Shown: positions 9,461-17,404 of the stretch, piece by piece
Position numbering within the stretch: the stretch's first letter is position 1
How the letters are laid out: every line of letters begins with the position of its first letter
Source of the DNA: Trichlorobacter lovleyi SZ
Lineage (GTDB): Bacteria > Desulfobacterota > Desulfuromonadia > Geobacterales > Pseudopelobacteraceae
Length of the DNA stretch: 32,000 nucleotides
NCBI RefSeq assembly: GCF_000020385.1
Contig: NC_010814.1
Location: 1,320,001 to 1,352,000, forward strand
Reading direction: 5' to 3'
The notes under the pieces: model-generated
What the model saw: only the letters and a program-made list of their open reading frames with translations
What the model was told of the DNA's origin: nothing
Databases searched by the model: none
Made by a program: the position numbers and the translations under genes

Positions 9461-11412
9461 CAGGGCCGGCTCTCCTGCCCTTGGCTTACCGGCTTGGTCG
9501 CTTTGCCTGAGATCTCATTCTGCACATTCAGCGGGCCGAACTCTTTGGCAGCTTCAGTGAACTTACCCTTTTGGCTCTCGGTTATGCTTGCCAGGTCACG
9601 GGCATCTTTGACCACCTGCGGGGTCAGCATGATCAGCAGGTTGGTCTTCTTGCGGGTCTTGGTGGTGGTCTTGAAGAACCAGCCCAGACCGGGGATGTCA
9701 CCCAACAGCGGCACTTTCTGGATAGTGTTGTCTTCAGTGTCCTGGATCAGGCCGCCAATCACGATGGTTTCATTGTCCTTGACCACCACACTGGTTTTGG
9801 CAGAACGCTTGGTGGTGACCAGGTCCACCGCGTCACCCTTGTCACTCTTAACTGCTGAAATTTCCTGATAGAGGTCCATGCGGATATAATCCCCTTCACT
9901 GACCTGGGGCTTGATCTTGAGGTTGATGCCGATATCCTTGCGTTCAACTGATTCTGTTGTGCCAAAGGTACTCTGGGTGCTGGAGGACTTGAACGGCACG
10001 TTTTCCCCCACATTGATCTCTGCCTCTTTGTTGTCGGTGGTCAGGATGTTGGGGGTTGAGAGGATGTTAAGCATCCCTTCGCTCTCAAGCGCCTGAAGAA
10101 TAGCTGCTCCGGTAACCGGCTTTGATGTGTTTTTCAGTTTGTCAGCAATCAGGGTGCTTAAAGGACTCGTGCTACTACCTGAACCGAGGAGGCTCCCAAA
10201 GGTGTTAAAGGGGTCATAAATACCGCCTCCCTGCAGATATTTGCCCAGTGCCCCGACAGCAAAGGCGCCACTTTGGACACCAAGGTCCCTGGATTTTGAC
10301 GGAGATATCTCGGCAATCAGGACCTGCACGAAGACCTGCTTGCTGCGGCGGTCCAGTTTTTTGATCACCTGCAGCAGGTTGTTGTAATCGGTTGGTGAGG
10401 CCATGACGACCAGCGAGTTTGATGCCTTGTCAGCCGTGATGGTGACCTTGCCGGAGTCAAAGGGGGAGCTTTGCGCACTGACGGTGCCGGCTTGCAAGGT
10501 TGTGGTTTGTGCGGTGATCCCCTTGACCACGCCATCTAGGACTTTCGCCATTTCTGTGGCATCGGTGTTTTCTAGGAAGCAGACATTGATCTTGCTGCTG
10601 GCCTCAGGCGGGGTGACATCCAGCTGGGCGATCAGGGAACGGATGTCTTTCTTGTCTTTTTCCGGTCCAAAGAGCAGCACGGCATTCAGGCGGGTGTCGG
10701 CAAGCACCTGTACCGCTCCGCTGTTTGCTGACTGGGTAGTTCCGACGGCAACCTGGCGGGCTCCACGTCCTGCCAGCCATTCCTGCAGAACCTTGGTGAC
10801 CCCTTCTGCAGAACCGTGCTTGAGGTAGACCAGTTCTGCCCCTTCGCGTCGCTGCGGTGTATCGATCAGGGAGAGGATGTCGGCCACCTTTTGCAGGTTT
10901 GAGGCAGCATCCACCACCAGCAGCATGTTGCCGGGGCCGAAGGAACCGATATGCCCTTCCTTTGAAATGATCGGCTGCAGGAAGGTCAGTGCCTCCTGGG
11001 AGGAGATCTGGGTAAGCGGGAAGACCCGGGCCAGAAAGGCATCGCCCAGGGGAATCCGTTCCTTGTCCGCCAGCTTCATACCGGCCTGTTTGGCGCTGCC
11101 GGTCGGCACCACCTTGTAAACCTTACCAGCCTGTATCAAGGTGAATCCTTTTAATTCAAGTACGGAGGTGAACAGGGCAAAGGCCTCGTCCTGCGACAAC
11201 TTTGAAGGGGAGAAGACAGAGACCTTGCCCTTTACCCGTTCATCCAGGACGAAGTTTTTGCCGGTCAACTCGCTGATAAACTTCACCATGGTGGCGATCT
11301 CGACATCGGTGAAGTTCATGATCACCCCCTGGGCCGCTGCATGGAGCGGCGAGCTGCAGAGCGTCATAAGCAACAGAGCAATCAGTAGCGCTTTCAATTG
11401 TTTCACGCACAA
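9460..11412 (-). CDS. gspD: type II secretion outer-membrane secretin D
   Basis: 650 aa with a signal peptide, N-domains and a C-terminal secretin domain carrying VPLLGDIPGLGWFF. Confidence 0.95.
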   Translation of the reverse strand: MCVKQLKALLIALLLMTLCSSPLHAAAQGVIMNFTDVEIATMVKFISELTGKNFVLDERVKGKVSVFSPSKLSQDEAFALFTSVLELKGFTLIQAGKVYKVVPTGSAKQAGMKLADKERIPLGDAFLARVFPLTQISSQEALTFLQPIISKEGHIGSFGPGNMLLVVDAASNLQKVADILSLIDTPQRREGAELVYLKHGSAEGVTKVLQEWLAGRGARQVAVGTTQSANSGAVQVLADTRLNAVLLFGPEKDKKDIRSLIAQLDVTPPEASSKINVCFLENTDATEMAKVLDGVVKGITAQTTTLQAGTVSAQSSPFDSGKVTITADKASNSLVVMASPTDYNNLLQVIKKLDRRSKQVFVQVLIAEISPSKSRDLGVQSGAFAVGALGKYLQGGGIYDPFNTFGSLLGSGSSTSPLSTLIADKLKNTSKPVTGAAILQALESEGMLNILSTPNILTTDNKEAEINVGENVPFKSSSTQSTFGTTESVERKDIGINLKIKPQVSEGDYIRMDLYQEISAVKSDKGDAVDLVTTKRSAKTSVVVKDNETIVIGGLIQDTEDNTIQKVPLLGDIPGLGWFFKTTTKTRKKTNLLIMLTPQVVKDARDLASITESQKGKFTEAAKEFGPLNVQNEISGKATKPVSQGQESRP

Positions 11413-11421
11413 CCTCCAGGG

Positions 11422-12324
11422 TTAGCGAATATCATAGGCCAGCGAAGTGGGGGCGCCGTCACGAATCAGATCAAGCTTGATCCGGCTCTGGCCTTTCAAG
11501 GTCACAAAGGATTGAATCGCCTTTTCAGGCGAATCTATGGGAAATTCGTTGATTTTCATCAGGACATCGCCGTTTTTTAGGCCCACGGCAGCAAAGACCC
11601 CCTGGGGTTTTACTTCGGAGACCTTGAAACCTTCGACTTTACCATCCTTGACACTGGGCAGCAGGCGGGCATCGGTCATGGCCTGGCCGATGTTGTCCAG
11701 GGCGGCATTCAGGGCCCGTTGATCAATAATGCCTGAACCGCCGGGTAGTGCCTGGGTCACGCCGGTTGCGGCGGTCGCAGACTGGGCAGGTTTTGCCGGT
11801 TCGGCCGGGGCTGACGGGGTGCGCAGGGTGATCAGTTGAGATCCTGAGCGCACTTCTGCCGTTTCCTTTTTGATGGCGATCAACGTGCCAAGATCAAAGA
11901 CCTTTTCGCCAAGTTTGAAGACCCGTTCTTCGTTGCTGCTGGTGCGGCGTACCAGGATAAAGCTTGTCCGGGGAGAGCCGATGGCGGTGCCAAGCAGGCT
12001 CAGGTCGCTTTGGGAAACAGGGGGGGGAGTATTGGCAGACGGCTGCAGGGCCGGGGTCAGTATCCCTTTGGTTGCCGGTCCGAACAGGGCCTTTTCAAGG
12101 ATTAAGGCAAAGCCTTGCAGTTGTGTCTGTTGTTGAAACGGCAGATTTGACTGCTGTGCGCCCTTTGTCTGCAGCTTTGCCGGGGAGGTCCCCAGTTTGT
12201 AAGAGGCGATATCCGCCAGAATGCGCGCGGCTGTTATCAGGATAACAACAGAAAACAGCAGGTTCAAAGGGAGGGCAAGTCGTCGCATAGTGGGTCGAAA
12301 ATATATACCAAATGGAGTTTGCAT
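11422..12324 (-). CDS. gspC: type II secretion protein C (PDZ domain)
   Basis: N-terminal TM helix and a C-terminal PDZ-like segment (GLKNGDVLMKINEFPIDSPEKAIQ). It is the first gene of the operon. The start could instead be the ATG at 12288. Confidence 0.8.
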   Translation of the reverse strand: MQTPFGIYFRPTMRRLALPLNLLFSVVILITAARILADIASYKLGTSPAKLQTKGAQQSNLPFQQQTQLQGFALILEKALFGPATKGILTPALQPSANTPPPVSQSDLSLLGTAIGSPRTSFILVRRTSSNEERVFKLGEKVFDLGTLIAIKKETAEVRSGSQLITLRTPSAPAEPAKPAQSATAATGVTQALPGGSGIIDQRALNAALDNIGQAMTDARLLPSVKDGKVEGFKVSEVKPQGVFAAVGLKNGDVLMKINEFPIDSPEKAIQSFVTLKGQSRIKLDLIRDGAPTSLAYDIR

Positions 12325-12537
12325 ACAAGTAATGTTAAGTATAATTCCTGATTATTAGAAATATTGTAGCTATTTTAATTTACTAATAAAAACTAATATA
12401 TGTAGAGGGTTACTCTCATCCAAAATATCAATCATGCAGTTTCGATGAAGTTAATATTCATCTTTACCGGAGATTATCTGAGAAAAAGATGGACTTTTTG
12501 TGAGACGGCCAGTGGTGATGTGTCCATCGTCTACACT

Positions 12538-13407
12538 TTATGCCGCTGAAGTAATAGGGAAATTGTCCATCTCCGCCGGATCTGCGGCCTTTTTCTTTCC
12601 GAAGATCAATGCGACCCAGATGCTGATTTCATACATCAGGTACATGGGAATCATGATGACGAACATGGTGATTAAGTCTGCGTGGAAGGCGGCTATAATA
12701 GAACTGGCCAGCAAGGCATATTTACGTTTAGGAGCCAGCATTTTGTAGCTGACAATGCCAAAGCGGGACAGAAGAAGGGTCAGAACCGGAAGTTCGAAGA
12801 TCAGACCAAAGATCAGGATCAGGCGCAGACAAAAGTTTATATAGGCACTGATGTTGAACCAACTTTGTAAGCCTTCAACTTCATAGGAAAGCGAGAAGTT
12901 GATGATGACCGGCCAGATGACAACCAGAAAGAACATGGCACCGGCGCAGAAGGTGAGGGTGGCGGCGGTGACAAAAGGAACCACCATGCGCCGCTCCTTG
13001 TCAGTGAGTCCTGGAGCTATAAACAGCCATAGCTGCAGGAAAACCACCGGTAAGGCAAATACAAACCCGAGTAACATTGAGATCTTGCACTGGATGAAAA
13101 ACGGTTCCAGTGGGGCACTGTAGTTGAGCGGACGCATTTTTTCCGGGGTGCTGATTTCCTGGTCCAGCTTATAGTAGGTATAAAGCCGGGGGGCCTGTTC
13201 TTTGACCTTGGCGTAGACCTTCTTCTTGATCTCGGTCAGGTAGGTCTTGCCGGTCAGGGGCTTTTCCACGAAGGTAAGGACCGGGCCGGAAAAGTTCCAG
13301 GCGATCCCCATGCCTATAACTACTGAAAAGACTATGATTATCAGTCTCTTGCGCAGTTCGGTCAAGTGTTCAATGAATGACGCAACGTTTTCTTTTTCTC
13401 TGTTCAT
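12538..13407 (-). CDS. tatC: twin-arginine translocase subunit TatC (divergent)
   Basis: Carries HLTELRKRL and FIAPGLTDKERR, which match the E. coli TatC HLIELRKRL and FIAPALYKHERR segments, plus six predicted TM segments. It has an extended first periplasmic loop. Confidence 0.85.
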   Translation of the reverse strand: MNREKENVASFIEHLTELRKRLIIIVFSVVIGMGIAWNFSGPVLTFVEKPLTGKTYLTEIKKKVYAKVKEQAPRLYTYYKLDQEISTPEKMRPLNYSAPLEPFFIQCKISMLLGFVFALPVVFLQLWLFIAPGLTDKERRMVVPFVTAATLTFCAGAMFFLVVIWPVIINFSLSYEVEGLQSWFNISAYINFCLRLILIFGLIFELPVLTLLLSRFGIVSYKMLAPKRKYALLASSIIAAFHADLITMFVIMIPMYLMYEISIWVALIFGKKKAADPAEMDNFPITSAA

Positions 13408-13496
13408 GGGGCTCTTTTCTGCCGTAGGTGATGCATCGTGTCGTATATTTGATTGTTTAGAAGTGGAACAAACAGTTGGCTTTCCGATGTTATTGA

Positions 13497-13817
13497 TTAA
13501 ACCGCATTAATCTTTATCATATCAGGTATAGTGGGCGGTTTATTAACTGCTTCTTGCTTGTCTACGGTATCGTACTCGACCGGTCCAATTGTTGTCGCAT
13601 GTTCAGGCACAGAACTTGTCACTGTGGGTTGCTGCTCTTTCTGCTCTTCGCCCTTGGTCTCCACCTGAACACTACGCTGGAAGTCATCAGTGGCCTTCTT
13701 GAATTCACCCAATCCCTTGCCCAGCGACTTGGCGAGTTCAGGCAATTTTTGTGGTCCTATAACGATCAGGGCAAGCACCATAATAATAACAAGCTCAGGC
13801 ATTCCAATTCCGAACAT
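13497..13817 (-). CDS. tatA: TatA/TatB-family twin-arginine translocase subunit
   Basis: MFGIGMPELVIIMVLALIVIGPQKLPELAKSLGKGLGEFKKA shows a TM helix, hinge Gly and amphipathic helix. At 106 aa it could be serving as TatB. Confidence 0.85.
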   Translation of the reverse strand: MFGIGMPELVIIMVLALIVIGPQKLPELAKSLGKGLGEFKKATDDFQRSVQVETKGEEQKEQQPTVTSSVPEHATTIGPVEYDTVDKQEAVNKPPTIPDMIKINAV

Positions 13818-13844
13818 GGTTAACTCCTTTATTTCATTCAGATA

Positions 13845-14480
13845 TTATTTGTGCGTGCGGGAGGGTATAAAATTGTTCTCAAGCCTACTGTGAAAGCCGT
13901 TCGCAGATTTTCTAAAGCGAATCCAGATGCCGTTTTCATTACGCAGAACCAGAGAACCCCTGATCTTTGCCGCAGCCAAGGCAGCATCAAAAAGAGTATC
14001 ATCAAAGTTGTGGCATTGGGGGTGCCAGTCAGGTTCAATCTTGCGCATCTTGTCAATCACCTCGTTGTGCACTTCCCGTGAACCAAATCCATCACTGATA
14101 AAGGTCTGCCCGCCTGGAGCCAGTACCCGCCAAATCTCGCGAAACACCTGGGGCAGGTCATTCCAGAAATAAACCGATCCGTGGCTGACCACCAAGTCTA
14201 CACTGCTATCTTCAAACGGCAGGCAGTGGACATCACCGCAAGCTGCCGTCACCCGATTTTCAAGCATCTTTTGGAAAATGTTTTGCTCCGCAAACTTCGT
14301 CATCTCACTGGATTCATTCAATAGACAGACTCGCAGCTTACTGTTCCAAGCCAGGGCCAGCCCCAGATAGCCGCTCCCGCTGCCCAGATCCAGACAAAAA
14401 CCGCTTTCACTGCCGGTACGATCAAGTATCTGTTGCGCAAGCTGATAATATAACGGCGCAAAGATGTTGCGGGCGATCAA
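13845..14480 (-). CDS. class I SAM-dependent methyltransferase
   Basis: Motif I LDLGSGSGYLG and post-I/II acidic residues (LLNES, GDVHCLPFED). The only canonical start is a TTG at 14480 with no clear SD, so the start is uncertain. Confidence 0.75.
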   Translation of the reverse strand: MIARNIFAPLYYQLAQQILDRTGSESGFCLDLGSGSGYLGLALAWNSKLRVCLLNESSEMTKFAEQNIFQKMLENRVTAACGDVHCLPFEDSSVDLVVSHGSVYFWNDLPQVFREIWRVLAPGGQTFISDGFGSREVHNEVIDKMRKIEPDWHPQCHNFDDTLFDAALAAAKIRGSLVLRNENGIWIRFRKSANGFHSRLENNFIPSRTHK

Positions 14481-14595
14481 ATTCAGTTTTTCTGTGACAA
14501 TTTGTATAGAGCACCCCCTTCGATTCCATATTCACGCATTATGACAAACTCTATCAACGTGAAAGCACTGCACCGGACACCATGCCAAATACGGT

Positions 14596-16212
14596 TTATA
14601 CGATTTTGAACTGACTCACGATTCGTCGCAGATCGTCGGATAGTATGGCAAGGTGATTGGCGGCAGCAGCGGAATCCTTGGAACCTTTTGATGTATTTGC
14701 GATAACCTCGGTAATCTGCTGCATATTGCTACTGATTTCAGAAGTTGTAGCCGTTTGTTCTTCTGCTGCGGTGGCAACCTGCTGAATCTGCATACTAACG
14801 TCGCTGATCTGTTGGAGGATCTCTTCAAGAGCTTTGCCGGAGTCGGATGCCTTCTCGCTTCCTCTGGCAACTTCACTGACCCCTTCGTGCATGGCGAGCA
14901 CAGCATCCTTGGTTTCATGCTGGATGGCTTTGATCATCTCGCCAATTTCCCGGGTCGCTCGCGTGGTACGTTCTGCCAGGGCTCGCACTTCATCGGCTAC
15001 AACGGCAAAACCTCTGCCCTGTTCACCGGCCCGGGCAGCCTCGATGGCGGCATTCAGCGCCAGCAAATTGGTCTGGTCGGCAATGTCCTCAATGGTGCCG
15101 ACGATCTCGCCAATCTGATCGGAACGGCTTCCCAGGCTTTCAACCGCTTTTGCAGAGTTTTTGACCCGCTCGGTAATGCTGTGCATGACTGAAATCGTAT
15201 CACTCACAACCGCTGCACCGGAAGCTGCTGCAGCACTGGCCCGCTGCGAGCCCTCCGAGGCCAGCAGGCAGTTTTGGGCAATATCGCTTGATGTGGCAGT
15301 CATCTCTTCCCCTGCAGTGGCAACAGTTTCCGCTTGGGCAGCTACATTTTCAGCACCTGCGGCCATCTGGGAAGCATTGGATTGGAGTTGGGCGGATGAT
15401 GAGGAAACCTGATCGCTTGTCTGGGCAATCTGATTGATAATATTCCTGATTTTCGTCACAAGAGAGTTGATTTCATCTGCCAGTTGGCCAAATTCATCAT
15501 TGGATGTTACGGCGATCATTTTGGTGAGATCGCCCTCACCCCGGGCAAGGTCGGTCACCTTGGCAACAAAGTCGTTCAGCCTCTTTGTAACGGTTGCCCG
15601 CAGGACAATCAGCAAACAGATAAAGCTGACAGCAAGCGCCACCCCACCGGAGGCCAAGAGCCAGAGGGCGGCTTTTTTACTGGAGCTATAGCCTTGCTCG
15701 ATGCTAGTGGTAAGTTTGAGAGCTCCTAACATCATGGTCTCTTTACTATGACAAGCCTGGCAGCGTTCTTCATTGGCAAGTGGCAATATGGTGTCAAGAA
15801 CATGTGTTCCGTTTAAAGTTTTTTCAAAACTAGCGGGTTTGTTGTTTCTCATGACGTTTGTCACCAGTTCGTCGCCCTTTGTTTTGTTACCCCGCAGTTC
15901 ACCTTTGTCGTTATAAATGGAGAAAGCCAATGCTCGCTTCTGTTCAATCACCTCCTTGATATAGTCATCGACTTTTTTCATGTCGCCAGCCATCATCGCC
16001 GATTTGATATCATCGCCCATGATATTGACAAAGGCCAGGCTGTTGTCTCGCTGTAGACCGACCAGCGCCTGTTTTTCCAGATACAGGGCGGATCCGCCCA
16101 CGATGACGAGACCTGTTATCAGAGCAAGAGTTGCCACAAGGAGAATCTTTGTAGCAATTCCAGTTCTTCTACCTGCTTGTATAGGTGAAGATGTACGTTC
16201 ATGTTGTGACAT
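14596..16212 (-). CDS. methyl-accepting chemotaxis protein with periplasmic CxxCH (c-type haem) sensor domain
   Basis: Two TM helices flank a periplasmic region of about 140 aa containing CQACH (nt 15748-15762). A HAMP domain follows, then the canonical hairpin tip DQTNLLALNAAIEAARAGEQGRGFAVVADEVRALAERT. Confidence 0.95.
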   Translation of the reverse strand: MSQHERTSSPIQAGRRTGIATKILLVATLALITGLVIVGGSALYLEKQALVGLQRDNSLAFVNIMGDDIKSAMMAGDMKKVDDYIKEVIEQKRALAFSIYNDKGELRGNKTKGDELVTNVMRNNKPASFEKTLNGTHVLDTILPLANEERCQACHSKETMMLGALKLTTSIEQGYSSSKKAALWLLASGGVALAVSFICLLIVLRATVTKRLNDFVAKVTDLARGEGDLTKMIAVTSNDEFGQLADEINSLVTKIRNIINQIAQTSDQVSSSSAQLQSNASQMAAGAENVAAQAETVATAGEEMTATSSDIAQNCLLASEGSQRASAAAASGAAVVSDTISVMHSITERVKNSAKAVESLGSRSDQIGEIVGTIEDIADQTNLLALNAAIEAARAGEQGRGFAVVADEVRALAERTTRATREIGEMIKAIQHETKDAVLAMHEGVSEVARGSEKASDSGKALEEILQQISDVSMQIQQVATAAEEQTATTSEISSNMQQITEVIANTSKGSKDSAAAANHLAILSDDLRRIVSQFKIV

Positions 16213-16299
16213 GTTAGTTCTCCCTGATGGTAAATAAGTTTGTTGCTTGTGGTCTCCATTGCGCTTCCATGTCAGTCAACTTGGAATTGAGTGTAACGA

Positions 16300-16863
16300 C
16301 TAATTCGTGGACCTAGCCTGGTCGCTGTCATGGTCTGAAAGCAATTTTTTCTCTATGGAGCTTATGACCCCATGGATATCCTTCTGGATTGCCCTGATAT
16401 TTGTGGATATCTGTTGGGTCGATACGGAGGTGGTTGTTATCAGGTTGTTTATTTCCTCCATTACCATCGTGAACTCACGACCTGTCTCGCCGGCCCGGGC
16501 CGCTTTGACGGCCACGTTTAACACCAGTAGCTTGGTCAGGTCTGTCATTTTTTCAATCTGGCTGATAATCTCGTCGATCGTATTTGAAGATTTTTCCAGC
16601 CGGCTCATGACTCCAAGCGTTTCTTCCATCCTGACACAGGTCTGGTCGGCACTCTCCGAGGTTTGTCCTGCAACGTTTTGCCTCGCCTTGGCCGAGCCGT
16701 TCACTTGCTGGGGAAGGGGGAAATCTGCCATGGTATAACGGGAGCTAATGGCAATATGTCTGGCTTGGCTGTACAGCGTCAGCATGGCCTTTTGCAGCTT
16801 TGCAACAAGGTTGACGTCTGTGACTGTTACAATACCTATTTTGTTACTGGATTTTACCGCCAC
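16300..16863 (-). CDS. small soluble protein containing only a degenerate MCP hairpin-tip segment (mini-MCP)
   Basis: TDLTKLLVLNVAVKAARAGETGREFTMVMEEINNL aligns to the MCP tip consensus. There is no TM, HAMP or long methylation helices. The GTG start at 16863 is preceded by GGGGGA. It could be a gene fragment. Confidence 0.55.
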   Translation of the reverse strand: MAVKSSNKIGIVTVTDVNLVAKLQKAMLTLYSQARHIAISSRYTMADFPLPQQVNGSAKARQNVAGQTSESADQTCVRMEETLGVMSRLEKSSNTIDEIISQIEKMTDLTKLLVLNVAVKAARAGETGREFTMVMEEINNLITTTSVSTQQISTNIRAIQKDIHGVISSIEKKLLSDHDSDQARSTN

Positions 16864-16942
16864 GCTTAATGTCCCCCATTCTTCAACCGGACTGGAAAAA
16901 TAGTCAGAAACAGCGCCCTGAACAGATCCCGGTGCGGTCCGT

Positions 16943-17386
16943 TCATCTGTACAACTCTTGATACTGGCGGCATTGATACGGCTGAACGCCGGAGATCAGG
17001 TACTGCTCAAGCATCTGGTCGTGCTTGTCGATATGCAGGCTGAGCAGCTTCCTGAGGGTCTGCAGGTCGTCGTCGATACAGAGCGCACGGGCTGCCTTGC
17101 AGCGGATACCGGCAATGGTGGTACAGATCCGGAAGTGATCAAGCTTGTGATCTTCATAGGCCAGATAGTCGATCGTAAACATATGGACGTTTTCAGACGC
17201 GGTCTGGCCCAGAACGTTGCCAAGCAGATCTTCAATCTGATGCTCCAGCTCAGCGGGCGGGACCTGATCGGCAGTCGCGATAATCGCGTCAAGCACTGAA
17301 ATTAACCTGGCCTGCCGGCTGTCATACGGCATGAGATGCTGTGTTGCAACATAACCGAAGGTATTGAGTGGGCTGTAAGAAGACAT
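16943..17386 (-). CDS. hypothetical His-rich protein (possible hemerythrin/HHE-like motifs)
   Basis: A 147-aa ORF lying 18 nt downstream of ribBA. It contains HKLDH (H-x3-H) and HIDKHD (H-x4-D) about 34 residues apart, resembling hemerythrin helices 3 and 4. The similarity is at motif level only. Confidence 0.45.
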   Translation of the reverse strand: MSSYSPLNTFGYVATQHLMPYDSRQARLISVLDAIIATADQVPPAELEHQIEDLLGNVLGQTASENVHMFTIDYLAYEDHKLDHFRICTTIAGIRCKAARALCIDDDLQTLRKLLSLHIDKHDQMLEQYLISGVQPYQCRQYQELYR

Positions 17387-17404
17387 GATCTGTTCTCCTC
17401 TTGC

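Noticed and set aside
12325-12537. Sigma-70 promoter and terminator calls in the AT-rich tatC-gspC gap.
   Set aside because: Several weak -10-like hexamers (for example TACAAT) and an A/T-only hairpin exist. None has a convincing -35 box, spacing or stem, so I cannot support coordinates.
13845-14480. The methyltransferase next to the MCP as a CheR-type chemotaxis methyltransferase. I also considered a possible non-canonical (ATT/ATA) start after the AAGGGGGTG at about 14515.
   Set aside because: The sequence shows a generic class I (UbiE/Methyltransf_11-like) motif set, and the CheR N-terminal helical domain is absent. The alternative start is speculation that cannot be tested from sequence alone.
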